Source: the human T2T-CHM13v2.0 reference genome, Homo sapiens. From it: a stretch of 64,000 bases of DNA. The stretch lies in the NCBI RefSeq assembly GCF_009914755.1, contig NC_060930.1; one strand, given 5' to 3'. Below, one piece after another: positions 48,641 through 63,499 of this stretch. Both the position numbers and the translations under genes were made by a program. How positions within the stretch are numbered: position 1 is the first letter of the stretch; every line of letters starts with the position of its first letter. The notes under the pieces are model-generated. The model saw only the letters and a program-made list of their open reading frames with translations. It made no database searches and was not told the DNA's origin.

Positions 48641-48957
48641 CTAACAGAGCCAGAGAAGTTGGCCAGAACCAGACAGATTGGCTAGATGTAGCATCAAAAC
48701 ATCGCTAAGGCACTATACATTGCTAGAAATGTAAAGAAAGAGAGGAAAATTACACTTAACAGAATTCCATAGTACCAAGTACTCTATGAGACTGGAGAAA
48801 AACACTTCTGATTAGCCACTGGGAGGTGGGTAGGGTAGGGTAGGGTGGAATGAAAGCCCCAAAGAGATTCTTCAGTGGCACAGATAGATGTTGAGTTGTA
48901 GATAGTTGGGATAACAGGTGTGAGCTACCCTGCCTACCCTAATCTCTTTATTTGTAA

Positions 48958-49327
<370 letters not shown>

Positions 49328-49607
49328 CCCTCTCTGTACTCTTACATTGCCTGGAGCCACTCTCTAATGTCACACTTACCTTATTCACATCTTTCAGTTT
49401 CCGCATTTAAATACAAAACATGGCTGAGGAGGCTCTGCAATTTGGGGCACAGTCACCAAAGGGCTCAGCCCTTGTCCTCCTCTCCAGCCCTCAGTACTAC
49501 TGAACATTTCCAGAAAGGGTGCCAAATTACTGGTCTACCCTAGATCTGGAAGCTACATTGCTCTATGTGTGACATGCAGGTCCCAGCCTTTGCCCAAGGA
49601 CCTCGTG

Positions 49608-49925
49608 GTTTTGTTTTGTTTTGTTGTTTGTTTGTTTTGAGACCGAGTCTTGCCCTGTTGCCCAGGCTGGAGTGCAGTGGTGCAATCACAGCTCACCGTA
49701 ACCTTGTCCTCCTGGGCTCAAACAAGGTGCTCTGCACCTCAGCCTCCCAAGTAGCTAGGACTACAGGCACATGCCACCACACCTGGCTAATTATTCTTTT
49801 TAAAATTTTTTTTGTGTGGAGACAGGGTCTCACTATGTTACACAGGCTGGTCTCAAACTTTTGGCCTCAAGGGATCCTTGGCCTCCCAAAGCACCAGGAT
49901 TATAGGCATGAGCTACCCTGCCCAC
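49608..49925 (-). mobile_element. AluJ
   Basis: Reverse dimer with (GTTT)n tail. Confidence 0.9.
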
Positions 49926-50176
49926 GCTGACCTCTTCTATTTGTAAAGGCAGCTCCTAAGAAGTAATGCTGTAGTTAGCCCTGTAGACAAGTCAGGTGTC
50001 TCCCACTGTACTCTTACATTGCCTGGGACATGCTCTAATATTGCACTTATCTAATTCACATGTAAAAGTTAACTGTTTTTAAATCCATATCCTTGCCTAG
50101 AATGTAATCTCCTAAAGGGTAAGGCTTTGTCTTATTCACCTCTGTGCCCTAGCACTTAATAAAGTGTTGACACATA

Positions 50177-50560
<384 letters not shown>

Positions 50561-51042
50561 TCATTTTCCCATAATATGAAGCAGTCTTTGTTTTGGATAG
50601 CCAATCATCACAGCTAACTTTTTCCCAAAGGGGAAGATTTTTTAAAAGGCACACCTTTTAAAAGTCATTCATTTATCAGCTTTCTACCATGGGAAAGAAA
50701 GCAGCTGAACAATGTACCCTAGAATTCTTGCCTCCTATAATTGAAGAATGCTTTTTTTATCATCATTTATGTCTTGCTTATGGCCCATAAAAAGTCAGAT
50801 TTAACCGCATTGGAAATTTAAGGGAAAAATATAAAGGATCTTGATGAAACAAAAGCATTGGTATGAGATGAGCCTTCCAAGAGAAATAAATTACACAAAA
50901 TCACTCTTTCTGACTCTAAATACAGGAATAAATATGTTTAGGGTTGCACAACTACCGTGTAAATGTGTTAAGGCTCAGATGCAGAAATTGGCCTAATTGT
51001 ATGTAAGGCTATCCTTTCACAAATCAGACAGTCTGGACTTAC

Positions 51043-51094
51043 CTACTGAAGTGTATGCTGGCCATTTCTCCTCTTTATCTCTACCACTTCCACT
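51043..51094 (-). other. candidate short exon with ATG
   Basis: Donor TAG|GTAAGT; upstream pyrimidine tract; purine-rich body; GAAATGG start giving MASIHFS. Confidence 0.35.
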
Positions 51095-51270
51095 CTGCTC
51101 CTCCCCCACCAAAGAGAAAAAAAGGATGCAGAGAGAAGAGAATGTATGTGTGTACCAAGATGAGTGAGTGAGTGAGTTTGCTGGTTGCTATAGGAGAACC
51201 TTAGGAAAATCTTCTAATAGAACCTGAAATTTCTCAGGTCCCTCTGAAGTGATGAGTTTTCTCCTTATGG

Positions 51271-51503
51271 CAGTATTGCTCAACCTGTTTTTAATTATGA
51301 CCACCCTAAGGAGTTTTTCAAAACATTTTTTCCCCAACTGCTCCCTACCCCTCAAGAAATTTTAGTCCCACAGCTATACTGTGTATCCGTTTGTGTACTA
51401 TATGTATAACTGTATTTTATACATAAAAAGAGTAAGTTCTTTTAGACCTCAGGAATGAATTTTTACTCCCTTGGGGCAATATCACCTTGGATGAGAATGC
51501 ATG
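51271..51503. mobile_element. hAT-type MITE (same family as 767-990)
   Basis: cagtattgctcaac…tgagaatgcatg termini; colinear with 767-990. Confidence 0.7.
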
Positions 51504-51516
51504 GACTAGAATAGCA

Positions 51517-51651
51517 ACTGTGCACAGTGGCGCGTGCCTATAGTCCCAGCAGCTATTTGGGAGGCTAAGGCAGGAGGATTGCTTAAGCCCAGGAGTTTGA
51601 GTCTAGCCTGGACAAGTGAGACCCTGTCTCTAAAAATAAAAATAAATAAAA
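51517..51651 (+). mobile_element. FLAM_A-like Alu monomer
   Basis: Single arm; 17-bp TSD gaatgcatggactagaa (51495-51511 / 51655-51671). Confidence 0.88.
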
Positions 51652-51979
51652 GGGGAATGCATGGACTAGAAGATACAACTATGATAACCATTGTTGTGAA
51701 GCAAGGTATGCTAAAGATCACTAAACCCATTCTTACAAAATAGCAAGACAGGCAGGCTAAAGATCAGTAAATAGCTGTGTGTTTGTATTTAAGGAAAATA
51801 AACAGATGAAATTACAGTATAGGATTTACCTTTATTTAGGATACCGCTATTAATAGTTTACTATTTTAATGCATGTATTTTGTAACTTTTCTAGGTGTTG
51901 ACCCTGTCTCTTTACTTAAGGTCTACTGAAATAATGGCTCAGAGGACATGGGCCACTATTATATTAAACCTGTTAGGTT

Positions 51980-52100
51980 GCTTTGTGAGGGAATGAAAAT
52001 GTTCTAAAATTTACTGTGGCACTGTAAATCACTGAATTACATACTTTAAACAAGTGAGTTGTATGGTATATAAACGATATCTCAATAAAGCTGTTACAAA
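51980..52100 (+). mobile_element. L1M 3'-end fragment
   Basis: gaaaatgttctaaaatt…cactgaattacatacttt…atctcaataaagctgtt. Confidence 0.75.
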
Positions 52101-52251
52101 AAATAGTGCTATTAAAAATATTTGTACATTTCATTTATGAGACCTGTCAATCTCTTACTTGACCTGAAACTTAAAATACACTGTGATTAAAAGAATCAGA
52201 ATATCATCTATTTATAAAAGAAGGGAAAATGCTAATTTAGGAAGACTCTAA

Positions 52252-52575
<324 letters not shown>

Positions 52576-53262
52576 TACTAAGGGAAACTATTTTAACATT
52601 TTTTATGGTATTCAAAGCAATCTTCCTTTCAACAAACTAAATGTGTAACAACAAGGGAATATAAATAAATGATACTAGACCTGAAATAGTCAAAACTGAT
52701 TTATCCCAAGGTACTCATAAATCTACAAATTCTGAAAAAAAACACTGACATCTCATTTCCTAACAAATAAGTAATAAAAAAAATCAATCTTTCTAAGATT
52801 TTAATTATTCTGTAAGTGGAAGACTACAACAATTTATAATACTAATAATGCCAATTTTGCCACTAAAATGAACACTATTCTGCATCATTACTATGATGAC
52901 TGATATCCAGGAACTTATCTAACTCTCTGAAGAGATTTTTCTTTAATGACTTTATAAGAGTTATTGTGCATATTAAGGACCAGTAGAAAACAACAGAGTG
53001 GCACTGAAACGCTTATACTGGGCAGGAAACTATACTCACAAGCTGAGAAATGTATTCAGCACACATGGGGTAATAGCAGCAGTGACTCAGACTTGTGCAT
53101 CAATAAAATCCCTGGGTCATGGACCTTTGAGAATGTTTCTCACTTGTTAAATCCATATCCAACAGTAGGATTTCTCAAAATAATGGAATATCATGCAGCC
53201 ATTAAAATTGGTACCTGTGATGGCTACACAGAGAAGGTTAAAAAAAATAATAATAACATCCT

Positions 53263-53559
53263 AGGCCGGGCACAGTGGCTCACACCTGTAATCCCAGCAC
53301 TTTGGGAAGCTGAGGCGGGGGGATCACAAGGTCAAGAAATAAAGACCATCCTGGCCAACATGGTGAAACTCCATCTCTACTAAAAATACAAAAATTAGCT
53401 GGGCATGGTGGCACACACCTGTAGTCTCAGCTACTCAGGAGGCCGAGGCAGGAGAATCACTTGAACCTGAGAGGCAGAGGTTTCAGTGAGCTGAGATGGC
53501 ACCACTGCACTCTAGCTTGGCAACAGAGTGAGACTCCGTCTCAAATAATAATAATAATA
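53263..53559 (+). mobile_element. AluSc-like
   Basis: accatcctggccaac; TSD aataataacatcctag. Confidence 0.95.
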
Positions 53560-53762
53560 ACATCCTAGAATAACATAATAAAACAATTACATAAGAAAAA
53601 AGCACAAACTTTTAAAAAAACTATACATTTTATAACTTATATGCATTTTATAACTGTCAAATACAGTAAAAAAAGTTACAGTGATAGGATTGTCTAAAGC
53701 TTTTAAGATCCTTATTTTCTTTTATGATGTCTTAAAGGGTATTTAATAATAAAAATGTATAG

Positions 53763-54072
53763 GGCTGGACACAGTGGCTCACGTCTGTAATCCCAACACT
53801 TTGGGAGGCCGAGGTGGATCATTTGAGGTCAGGGGTCCAAGACCAGCCTGGCCAACATGGCAAAACCCCATCTCCACTAAAAATAAAAAAAAAATTAGCC
53901 AGGCGTGGTGATGGGTGCCTGTAATCCCAGCTATTAGGGAAGCTGAGACACGAGAATCACTTCAACCCAGGAAGCAGAGGTTACAGTGAGCTAATATCGC
54001 ACCACTGCACTCCAGCCTGGGAGACAGAGCAAGATTCCATCTCAAAAACACAAACAAACAAACAAAAAAGAA
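53763..54072 (+). mobile_element. AluS
   Basis: Full dimer. Confidence 0.95.
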
Positions 54073-55505
54073 AACAGTAATAGGAGGCAAGATTATTTAG
54101 AAGACAAGATTATTTTATTCATTTGTTTTTAAACATGTGTTTTGGTTTCAAAATTTTTATCTACTAATAATTTAATAATTCTTAAGCCTGACTTCGGTCT
54201 TCCTTTGTACATGTATGTCTAAGGCTGCTGACAGCCCATCTCAAAGACAGGCTTCCGTATATTGGCCTCAGGATAAAAGCACATGGAGCAGCAGATTTTA
54301 GTGGTTCATAGTAATATAGCTAGTCATAATCATCCTCTATGTCTAACATTTCATCCATGACCAGATAAATGGACGAGAGGCCGACTCTACTGAATTTTGA
54401 GATGATAACAAACAGTAAGGCATTAGCAGACACTAGAAGTTCTGACCAAGGTTAAATTATCAATGAAATAATTAAGTTCATTAATGACAAGTACAGGGTA
54501 CATCAGTAATGCAAAAGAAATAAAGAAAGAAAAGTAAATGGAGAGTATAAATATGAAATGCAGAAAACTTGGCAAAAAATATGCATGTTTGTGACTGAAA
54601 GTAATGATCAGTTACTCTTGGATTCCATTAAGTTCACTGATAACAGGTTCAGAATGAAGCATAAGGGATTTAGGATAACTAATTAAAAACAGTTTTTCAA
54701 TTCATTAAACAAAAAGCCAGTGCCTTCAAATGCAATTGTAAACCTCCGTACAAAGTTAATTTTCTAAACCAGGGGTTTTCATGGGGGGTAGTATCATTCT
54801 GGGGAGCATTCTGGGTTCTGCTGGAGCACTTCACCCTTCTAGTCTAATTATTTCATTTCTCCTTTATGGTACAGCTAGAACATAATATTGATTTAGTCAA
54901 ACACCCTTTCTGTGATAGAACCAATATATACAAAAATGGATAAAGTATAAAGGAATAACTTAGCAAGCTACTGTAAAATGAACTCCTACCCAGCATCTCA
55001 GAAGCCCTCATGTGCCCCTTCCTACAACCCATTCTTTTCCTTCATAGGTAACTTGGCTACTTTTAATCTTTATACTTTATACATTTTAGAATAAGCTGAT
55101 TAAATTCCACTAAAAACAGTTGGGGTTATATTGATTTTTTAAAAAAAGTTTATGTGTGTGGGCAGGTTATATTTTCTATAAATTTTATTTCAGGAGAGTA
55201 AGGGGCACTGGATAATATTTCTTTTAAAAAGGGAATATTGGTGCTGATAGGGATAAGAACCAATGTTCTAAATGAAATGAAGATGTAGAATAGGGATCCC
55301 TGTAGAACAGGGATCTAACATTCTAAGACTATATCTTCTATGAAAAATAAAACTCAAGATAATCACTGAGAATATCTCCATTTAAAAAACTTTCTCAGAG
55401 GTCACGATTTGCCTCCCTAATTATTTTACACAGGGTTTTCTAGGCACTGGTATATTTTGACGTTCTTTATCAAAATCCATTAACCCCTTTATAAATCTTC
55501 TTTTT

Positions 55506-55655
55506 GGCCAGATGCGGTGGCTCACACTTGTAATCTCAGCACTTTGGGAGGCTGAGACGGGAGGACTGCTTGAGGCCCGGAAGTCATGATCAGCCTGGTC
55601 AACATAGTGACCAGGTAAGTCAGATACATAGTGAGACCTCATCTCTATTTAAATA
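55506..55655 (+). mobile_element. FLAM_C/Alu left monomer with internal insertion
   Basis: Single arm containing a duplicated acatagtga. Confidence 0.85.
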
Positions 55656-55670
55656 TATATTTTTTAAATA

Positions 55671-56292
<622 letters not shown>

Positions 56293-57171
56293 GCTCCTTT
56301 ACAAGTTACCATAAAATGACCAAAGGACACAAATATTAATGCCAAACAGGTTATTATAAGTAAATCTTTCATTTTGGGAATTAGACCCAAAATAATTAAC
56401 AAAACTTGAAATCCACCAGGTCAAAGCATAAAAGTTAGTACTGGGATTTTGTAGTTAAATCATATAGTAAAAAATGGTAAGGCAGATACAATGCATTAAA
56501 AGAATGTCTTCAGAATTAAAAATTCAATTCAGTCTTGGTGGTCTAAGATGAATAAGCGACTATATTTTTAAGTAGTTCACGACAGGGCCCGTGCCATGTT
56601 CAGCTTTTTCACTTCCTGTCTACAGGACCATGGGCAAGTTACTTGACCTTTCAGAGGCTTGGTTTCCTTCTCCGCAAAATGAAAATAATCCTGGCATTCA
56701 ACTTTTTGTGTGAATTACTGGAGATATGTATTCAAAGCATCTAGGCTAGGTACCCAGGATAAACTAAATAAGTGATGGTTATTAGCATGAATTTTATACT
56801 CATTCATTGACTAATGAAAACTTGTGAATGACTGAATGAGTTTCAAGTGGATTATATTTCCAAGGCATCTGCACTGTAGGCTTTTACTTCTCATTGCAGA
56901 ATAAAAGTCTCTGGTTCCTTTAAAGAAACTTCAGGTATCAGCAAGCAGATAGCATAAGTTCACTGAAAATTCATCATACAAGGTCATATAGTCCATTCAG
57001 TTTATAAGAAACAAATTTGGAAGCAATTGGGAAATTCTCTGTGATACAGAAAAAATATAATACCGCCCAACAACTGGCTCAATGACAATGCTCCAGCTCA
57101 TTGTAAATGTTTAGTCAATTATGGGCCACAAACATTAGGTAGATCTCTCAACCTACTAGGTGTGAATCTGA

Positions 57172-57803
<632 letters not shown>

Positions 57804-58102
57804 TTTTTTTTTTTTTTTGAGTGAGAGTCTTGCTCTGTCATCTAGGCTGGAGTGCAGTGGCGTGATCTCAGCAACCTCCGCCTCCCAAGTTCAAGTGATT
57901 CTCCTGCCTCAGCCTCCTGAGTAGCTGAGATTACAGGCACCTGCCACCACGCCTAGTTAACTTTTGTATTTTTAGTAGAGATAGGGTTTCACTATTTTGG
58001 CCAGGCTGGTCTCAAACTCCTGACCTCGTCATCTGCCTGCCTCGGCCTCCCAAAGTGCTGGGATCTCAGCTACTCAGGCGGCATAAGTCACCGAGCCCAG
58101 CC
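57804..58102 (-). mobile_element. AluS (third of triplet)
   Basis: Reverse dimer with an anomalous insert near its 5' end. Confidence 0.93.
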
Positions 58103-58311
58103 CTAGTTCTAACACTTATAACACTAGTGTGACAGTAAGCAGCACATTTAATTTCTACCAGTTTCAACATCTCATCTAAAAATGAGAGGAATTATGTGGG
58201 ATTCATTTTAAGCTCTGAGATTCTACGTGTAAAGTACATATAGGGAGAGAGAATAGGAGAGGGAGTTCTAGTTTGTCCCTTGCAATCACATATTATTTAA
58301 GGATAAACCCA

Positions 58312-58609
58312 GGCTGGACATGATAGCTTATGCTTGTAATCCCAGCACTTTGGGAGGCTGAGGTGGGTCCTCCTCACTTGAGCACAGGAGTTTGAGATTA
58401 GTTTGGGCAACACAGTGAGACCCCATCACTACCAATAACTAAAAAAAAAAAAAAATTAGCAGGGCTTGGTGGTGTGTGCCTATAGTCTCAGCTACTCAGG
58501 AGGTGAAGGTGGGAGGATTGCTTCAGCCTGGGAGGTCAAGGCTGCAGTGAGCCATAATTAAGCCACTGCACTCCAACTTGGGTGACAAAGTGAGACCCTA
58601 TCTCAAGAA

Positions 58610-58646
<37 letters not shown>
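58312..58646 (+). mobile_element. AluJ with (CA)n tail
   Basis: Dimer followed by (CA)n at ~58611-58645. Confidence 0.92.
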
Positions 58647-58650
<4 letters not shown>

Positions 58651-58838
58651 AAAGCAAGCCCAGACCAGAAGCTATAAAAGCAAGCCCAACCAGAAGCTAC
58701 GTGTGTCATAATTCTTGATGTCTTTACAAAAAGTAGGATCAGGATGGACCTCCAGGTGGAGAGGAGGGGCTGTCCAGAGCTGCTTCAAGCCTGTTCCCAG
58801 GGGATGCAGTAATTAATGAAGAATGTTTGATGTGGTAT

Positions 58839-59594
58839 TGAGAAACAGGACTAGCTGGATTTCCTAGGCCGACTAAGAATCCCTAAGCCTAGCTGGGAAG
58901 GCCGCATCCACCTTTAAACACGGGGCTTGCAACTCAGCTCACACCCAACCAATCAGAGAGCTCACTAAAATGCTAATTAGGCAAAAACAGGAGGTAAAGA
59001 AATAGCCAATCATCTATTGCCTGACAGCACGGCGGGAGGGACAAGGATCGGGATATAAACCCAGGCATTCGAGCGGGCAACGGCAACCCCCTTTGGGTCC
59101 CCTCCCCTTGAATGGGAGCTCTGTTTTCACTCTGTTTCACTCTATTAAATCTTGCAACTGCACTCTTCTGGCCCGTGTTTGTTAGGGCTCGAGCTGAGCT
59201 TTTGCTCGCCATCCACCACTGCTGTTTTGCCGCCGTCGCAGACCCACCGCTGACTTCCATTCTTCCGGATCCGGCAGGGTGTCCGCTGTGCTCCTGATCC
59301 AGCGAGGCGCCTATTGCCACTCCCGATTGGGCTAAAGGCTTGCCATTGTTCCTGCATGGCTAAGTGCCTGGGTTCGTCCTAATTGAGCTGAACACTAGTC
59401 ACTGGGTTCCACGGTTCTCTTCCGTGACCCACAGCTTCTAATAGAGCTATAACACTCACTGCATGGCCCAAGATTCCATTTCTTGGAATCCATGAGGCCA
59501 AGAACCCCAGGTCAGAGAACACGAGGCTTGCCACCATCTCGGAAGCAGCTTGCCACCATCTTGGAAGCTCTGTGAGCAAGGAACCCTGGTAACA
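58839..59594 (+). mobile_element. HERV-W solo LTR (LTR17)
   Basis: Begins tgagaaacaggactagctggatttcctaggc (LTR17 5' end as remembered); ends ggtaaca; 756 bp; exact 4-bp TSD GTAT (58835-38 / 59595-98); CCAAT boxes, gatataaa TATA-like box and attaaa polyA signal present. Confidence 0.95.
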
Positions 59595-59822
59595 GTATCA
59601 TGTCTAGACAAAGAGAGAGACCATCCAGCCTCCAGTGTCCCCTGAAATGTCTCAGTGAAGCTTCAATTCCCCATCTCCCCAGATTCCCAGGTAGCGATTC
59701 TACGTTCTGTATCCTACATCCTAGGCCTGTAGGACCTCTCTGCCCTCCACAGCACCCTGATACCCATGTCCATTCTCCTGGACAAATAACCAAGAAACCA
59801 CTGTACCTCTATCCCTTTATGG

Positions 59823-60157
59823 CAGTGCAGTTCAGCCATAGCTGAATATTAAAATCATCTGAGGAGCTTTAAAAAAAAAAAAAAAGCTGATGCCATGCTG
59901 AGTATGGTGGCTCCCACCTATAATCTCAGCTATTCAGGAGGCTCAGGCAGGAGGATTGCTTGAGCCCAGGAGTTTGAGACCAGCCTGGGCAACACAGCAA
60001 GACCTCCATTTCGAAAAAGGAAAAGAAAAAAGAAATACCGATAGCAGATGCACCCCAGACCAATTTCATTAGGTTCTCTGTGAGGTGAGCTCTAGGCACT
60101 GGGCTTTTGTAAAAGCTCCCCAAATGATTCCAGTGCACAGCTGGAGCTGAGAAAAGT
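59823..60157. mobile_element. MER5-type hAT-Charlie element split by a FLAM
   Basis: aaatcatctgaggagctttaaaa…caccccagacc…aaagctcccaaatgattc. Confidence 0.7.
59896..60033 (+). mobile_element. FLAM Alu monomer
   Basis: Single arm with A-rich tail. Confidence 0.85.
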
Positions 60158-60675
60158 ACGCACCAGGGAGCTGGAGCAACCATATACTGCATGGGCTAGC
60201 CATGCACAGAAAAGATGCCTCCCTAGAAAGGAAAAGAGGAAATCCCTGCAGCTAGAAATGCTGGAGTTTTGTTTTTCTAACCTGTGTGTCAAAGTATTTG
60301 TGTGTGTGCTTATCAGTGAACCAAAAAGATTAAATTATAGTGGTCTCAAAAAACACCCCTGTCAACAATCAAGATAATTATAGGTAATGGAGAACTAACA
60401 AAAAGAAGAGAAAATCCACAAAGATCTGTTTCCACTGCATAAAATAAATATGAATTGCATTCTCTTAGGTCAACCATTCTCTACTTGACTAATTATAATG
60501 CAGCACAATAACGATGAGGTATGTTATTACCTGTACTGTGTTAACTAGAGTAAGTTTTATTTGATTGCAAGATTAAACTGTTCCTGTATGCTTAACCTTC
60601 ATAGTTAGTTACTCCTGAACAGTGTAATGTTTGAGGGAACATTGCTCCTGGGCACTAGAAGTGTTAATGTTCAAC

Positions 60676-60711
60676 ATTTGCATAAGTCAAGGTACTTTTC
60701 TATATTTGCAT
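60676..60711. promoter_or_regulatory. two perfect octamer motifs (ATTTGCAT)
   Basis: 60676-60683 and 60704-60711 in unique sequence; motif only. Confidence 0.4.
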
Positions 60712-61107
60712 AAAAAGAGGTAAGCAGGCCCCTTCAAAGGAATGAGGAACAAAGAGCAGCTACTCTGAGGGCTGAAAGTTCTAGGAAGGGAGCTTTTTGG
60801 GTGAGGGGGATAACAGTGGGGCAGAACAGGCACCAAAGATTAACGAGATATATCCCTGACATTTGAACATCAAAGGTGCTTCATGAAGGACCTTTTAAAA
60901 GGGGACTGAGAAGTTTGAAGTGGTCACTCATGCTTCTTCAGGAGTTGGGCCCTTGAAAGGAAAAGCAGCATTGCAATAGAATAGCACCCTGGTTGAATTG
61001 ACCACTCCCATCTTTAGGCCCCCAAAAACCTTTGTACACAACTCTATGTTAGCATGTTAGCACTTGCTCTATTAATGCCCCACCCCCACCCACTCCCAAC
61101 TAAAACT

Positions 61108-61187
61108 ACGTTCTCTGTTGCCCAGGCTGAAGTGAGTGGCATGATCGCGGCTCACTGCAGCCTCGAACTCCTGGGCTCGAGTGATCC
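61108..61187 (-). mobile_element. AluJ/FRAM right-arm fragment
   Basis: gttgcccaggctg…gctcactgcagcctcgaactcctgggctc. Confidence 0.8.
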
Positions 61188-61204
61188 GTATTAAAGCATT
61201 TTTT

Positions 61205-61696
<492 letters not shown>

Positions 61697-61838
61697 CCAG
61701 AATGATTTTTCATTTGACTCTGTCATCTACTGCATTAGTTCTTTCCACTTGCCTATTATATTTTCTTCTAGGTTTCTGGTCAGGAGAGAGCCAAGAGCAA
61801 AATCCAGTGATACCCCATTAGATACTTCATGGGCATCA

Positions 61839-62229
<391 letters not shown>

Positions 62230-62900
62230 TTAACCTATCCTTCCTCTTATTTGCAAAACGTCATAAGAAACTCCATCAAATACTTGGCTAAAATCAAGTT
62301 ACACTGCATCTACAGTGTTGCTCCAATTTTCCAACAATAAAACCCTAAAGGAAAATCTATTTCGGAATGACTTATTTTCAGAAAATTCAAGTTGGTTACT
62401 AGTGTTACGCATTTTTTCTCAAATGCTCAGAAACTATCAGGTTAATTGCTAGTTCTAGAATGACTGCCAGGGACAAAAGCCAAGCCTCTTTGCATAGAGA
62501 ATTTCTCCTTTTGGGGGAAAAACAATCACATATAATATTAGGCTTCTTGCTAAAAATTATGCTGAATGAAAATTCCAAAATCAGATCTGAAAGTTCTCTG
62601 AGCTTCCTGGGATGTAATTCAGCAGAACCTAGAGATCAGAATTAATTTAAAGTGGAAGATACTCATTTAATCTCCCTTTGATTCTCTTACCTACCCTGGG
62701 CTCCCATATCTTCTCAAACATGTTTGTTTTTTCCTTTCCTGTTTGAAGACCAAACTCCTTACTGAAGAAAAGTAAAGTAAGGTAGGAGATTATAATTCTG
62801 TTTTGTCACTGATAGCAAATAACATCAGATGATTTTTCCTAGGTAGGTACTATCCTTTTCCTTACTTTTTTTCCTTATTATTCAGAATGTGGCTTTAAAC

Positions 62901-63198
62901 TTTTTTATTTTATTTTATTTTTTTAGAAATAGGTTCTCCCTCTGTTGCCCAGGCTGGAGTGCAGTGGCATGATCATAGCTCACTGAAGCTTCGAACTCCT
63001 GGGCTCAAGGGATCCTCTTGCCTAACCCTCCCAACTAGCTGGGATCACAGGCTTGTGCCACACCACACCCAACTTATGTTTTATGGGTTTTGTTTAGAGA
63101 CAGGGTCTCATTATGCTGCCCAGGCTCATCTTGAACTCCTGGCCTCAAGCAATCTTCCCACCTTGGCCTCACAAAGGGCTAGGCATGACCCACCGCAG
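62901..63198 (-). mobile_element. AluJ
   Basis: Reverse J-type dimer. Confidence 0.88.
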
Positions 63199-63212
63199 CT
63201 GAAAAAAAAAAA

Positions 63213-63490
63213 TTTTTTTTTGAGACAGGGTCTTGCTCTGTTGCCCAGGCTGGGGTGCAGAGGCATGATCACAGCTCATTGCAGCCTTGAACTTCTGGGC
63301 TCAAATGATCCTCCTGCCTAGGCCTCTTGAGTAGCTGGGACTACCCTAAGTATTCCTGGCTAATTTTTGTTTTTTAAATTGTTGTAGAGACAGGGTCTCC
63401 CTATGTTGACCAGGCTGGTCTCGAACTCCTGGACTCAAGTGATCCTCCAGCCTCAGTCTTCCAAAGCGCTGGGATTACAGGCATGAGCTA
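63213..63490 (-). mobile_element. AluJ
   Basis: Reverse J-type dimer. Confidence 0.88.
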
Positions 63491-63499
63491 CTCCAATAG

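Noticed and set aside
58973-59793. ORFs of 61-115 aa over the LTR
   Set aside because: GC-rich LTR sequence; no PBS or gag follows the terminal CA, so no internal provirus is present.
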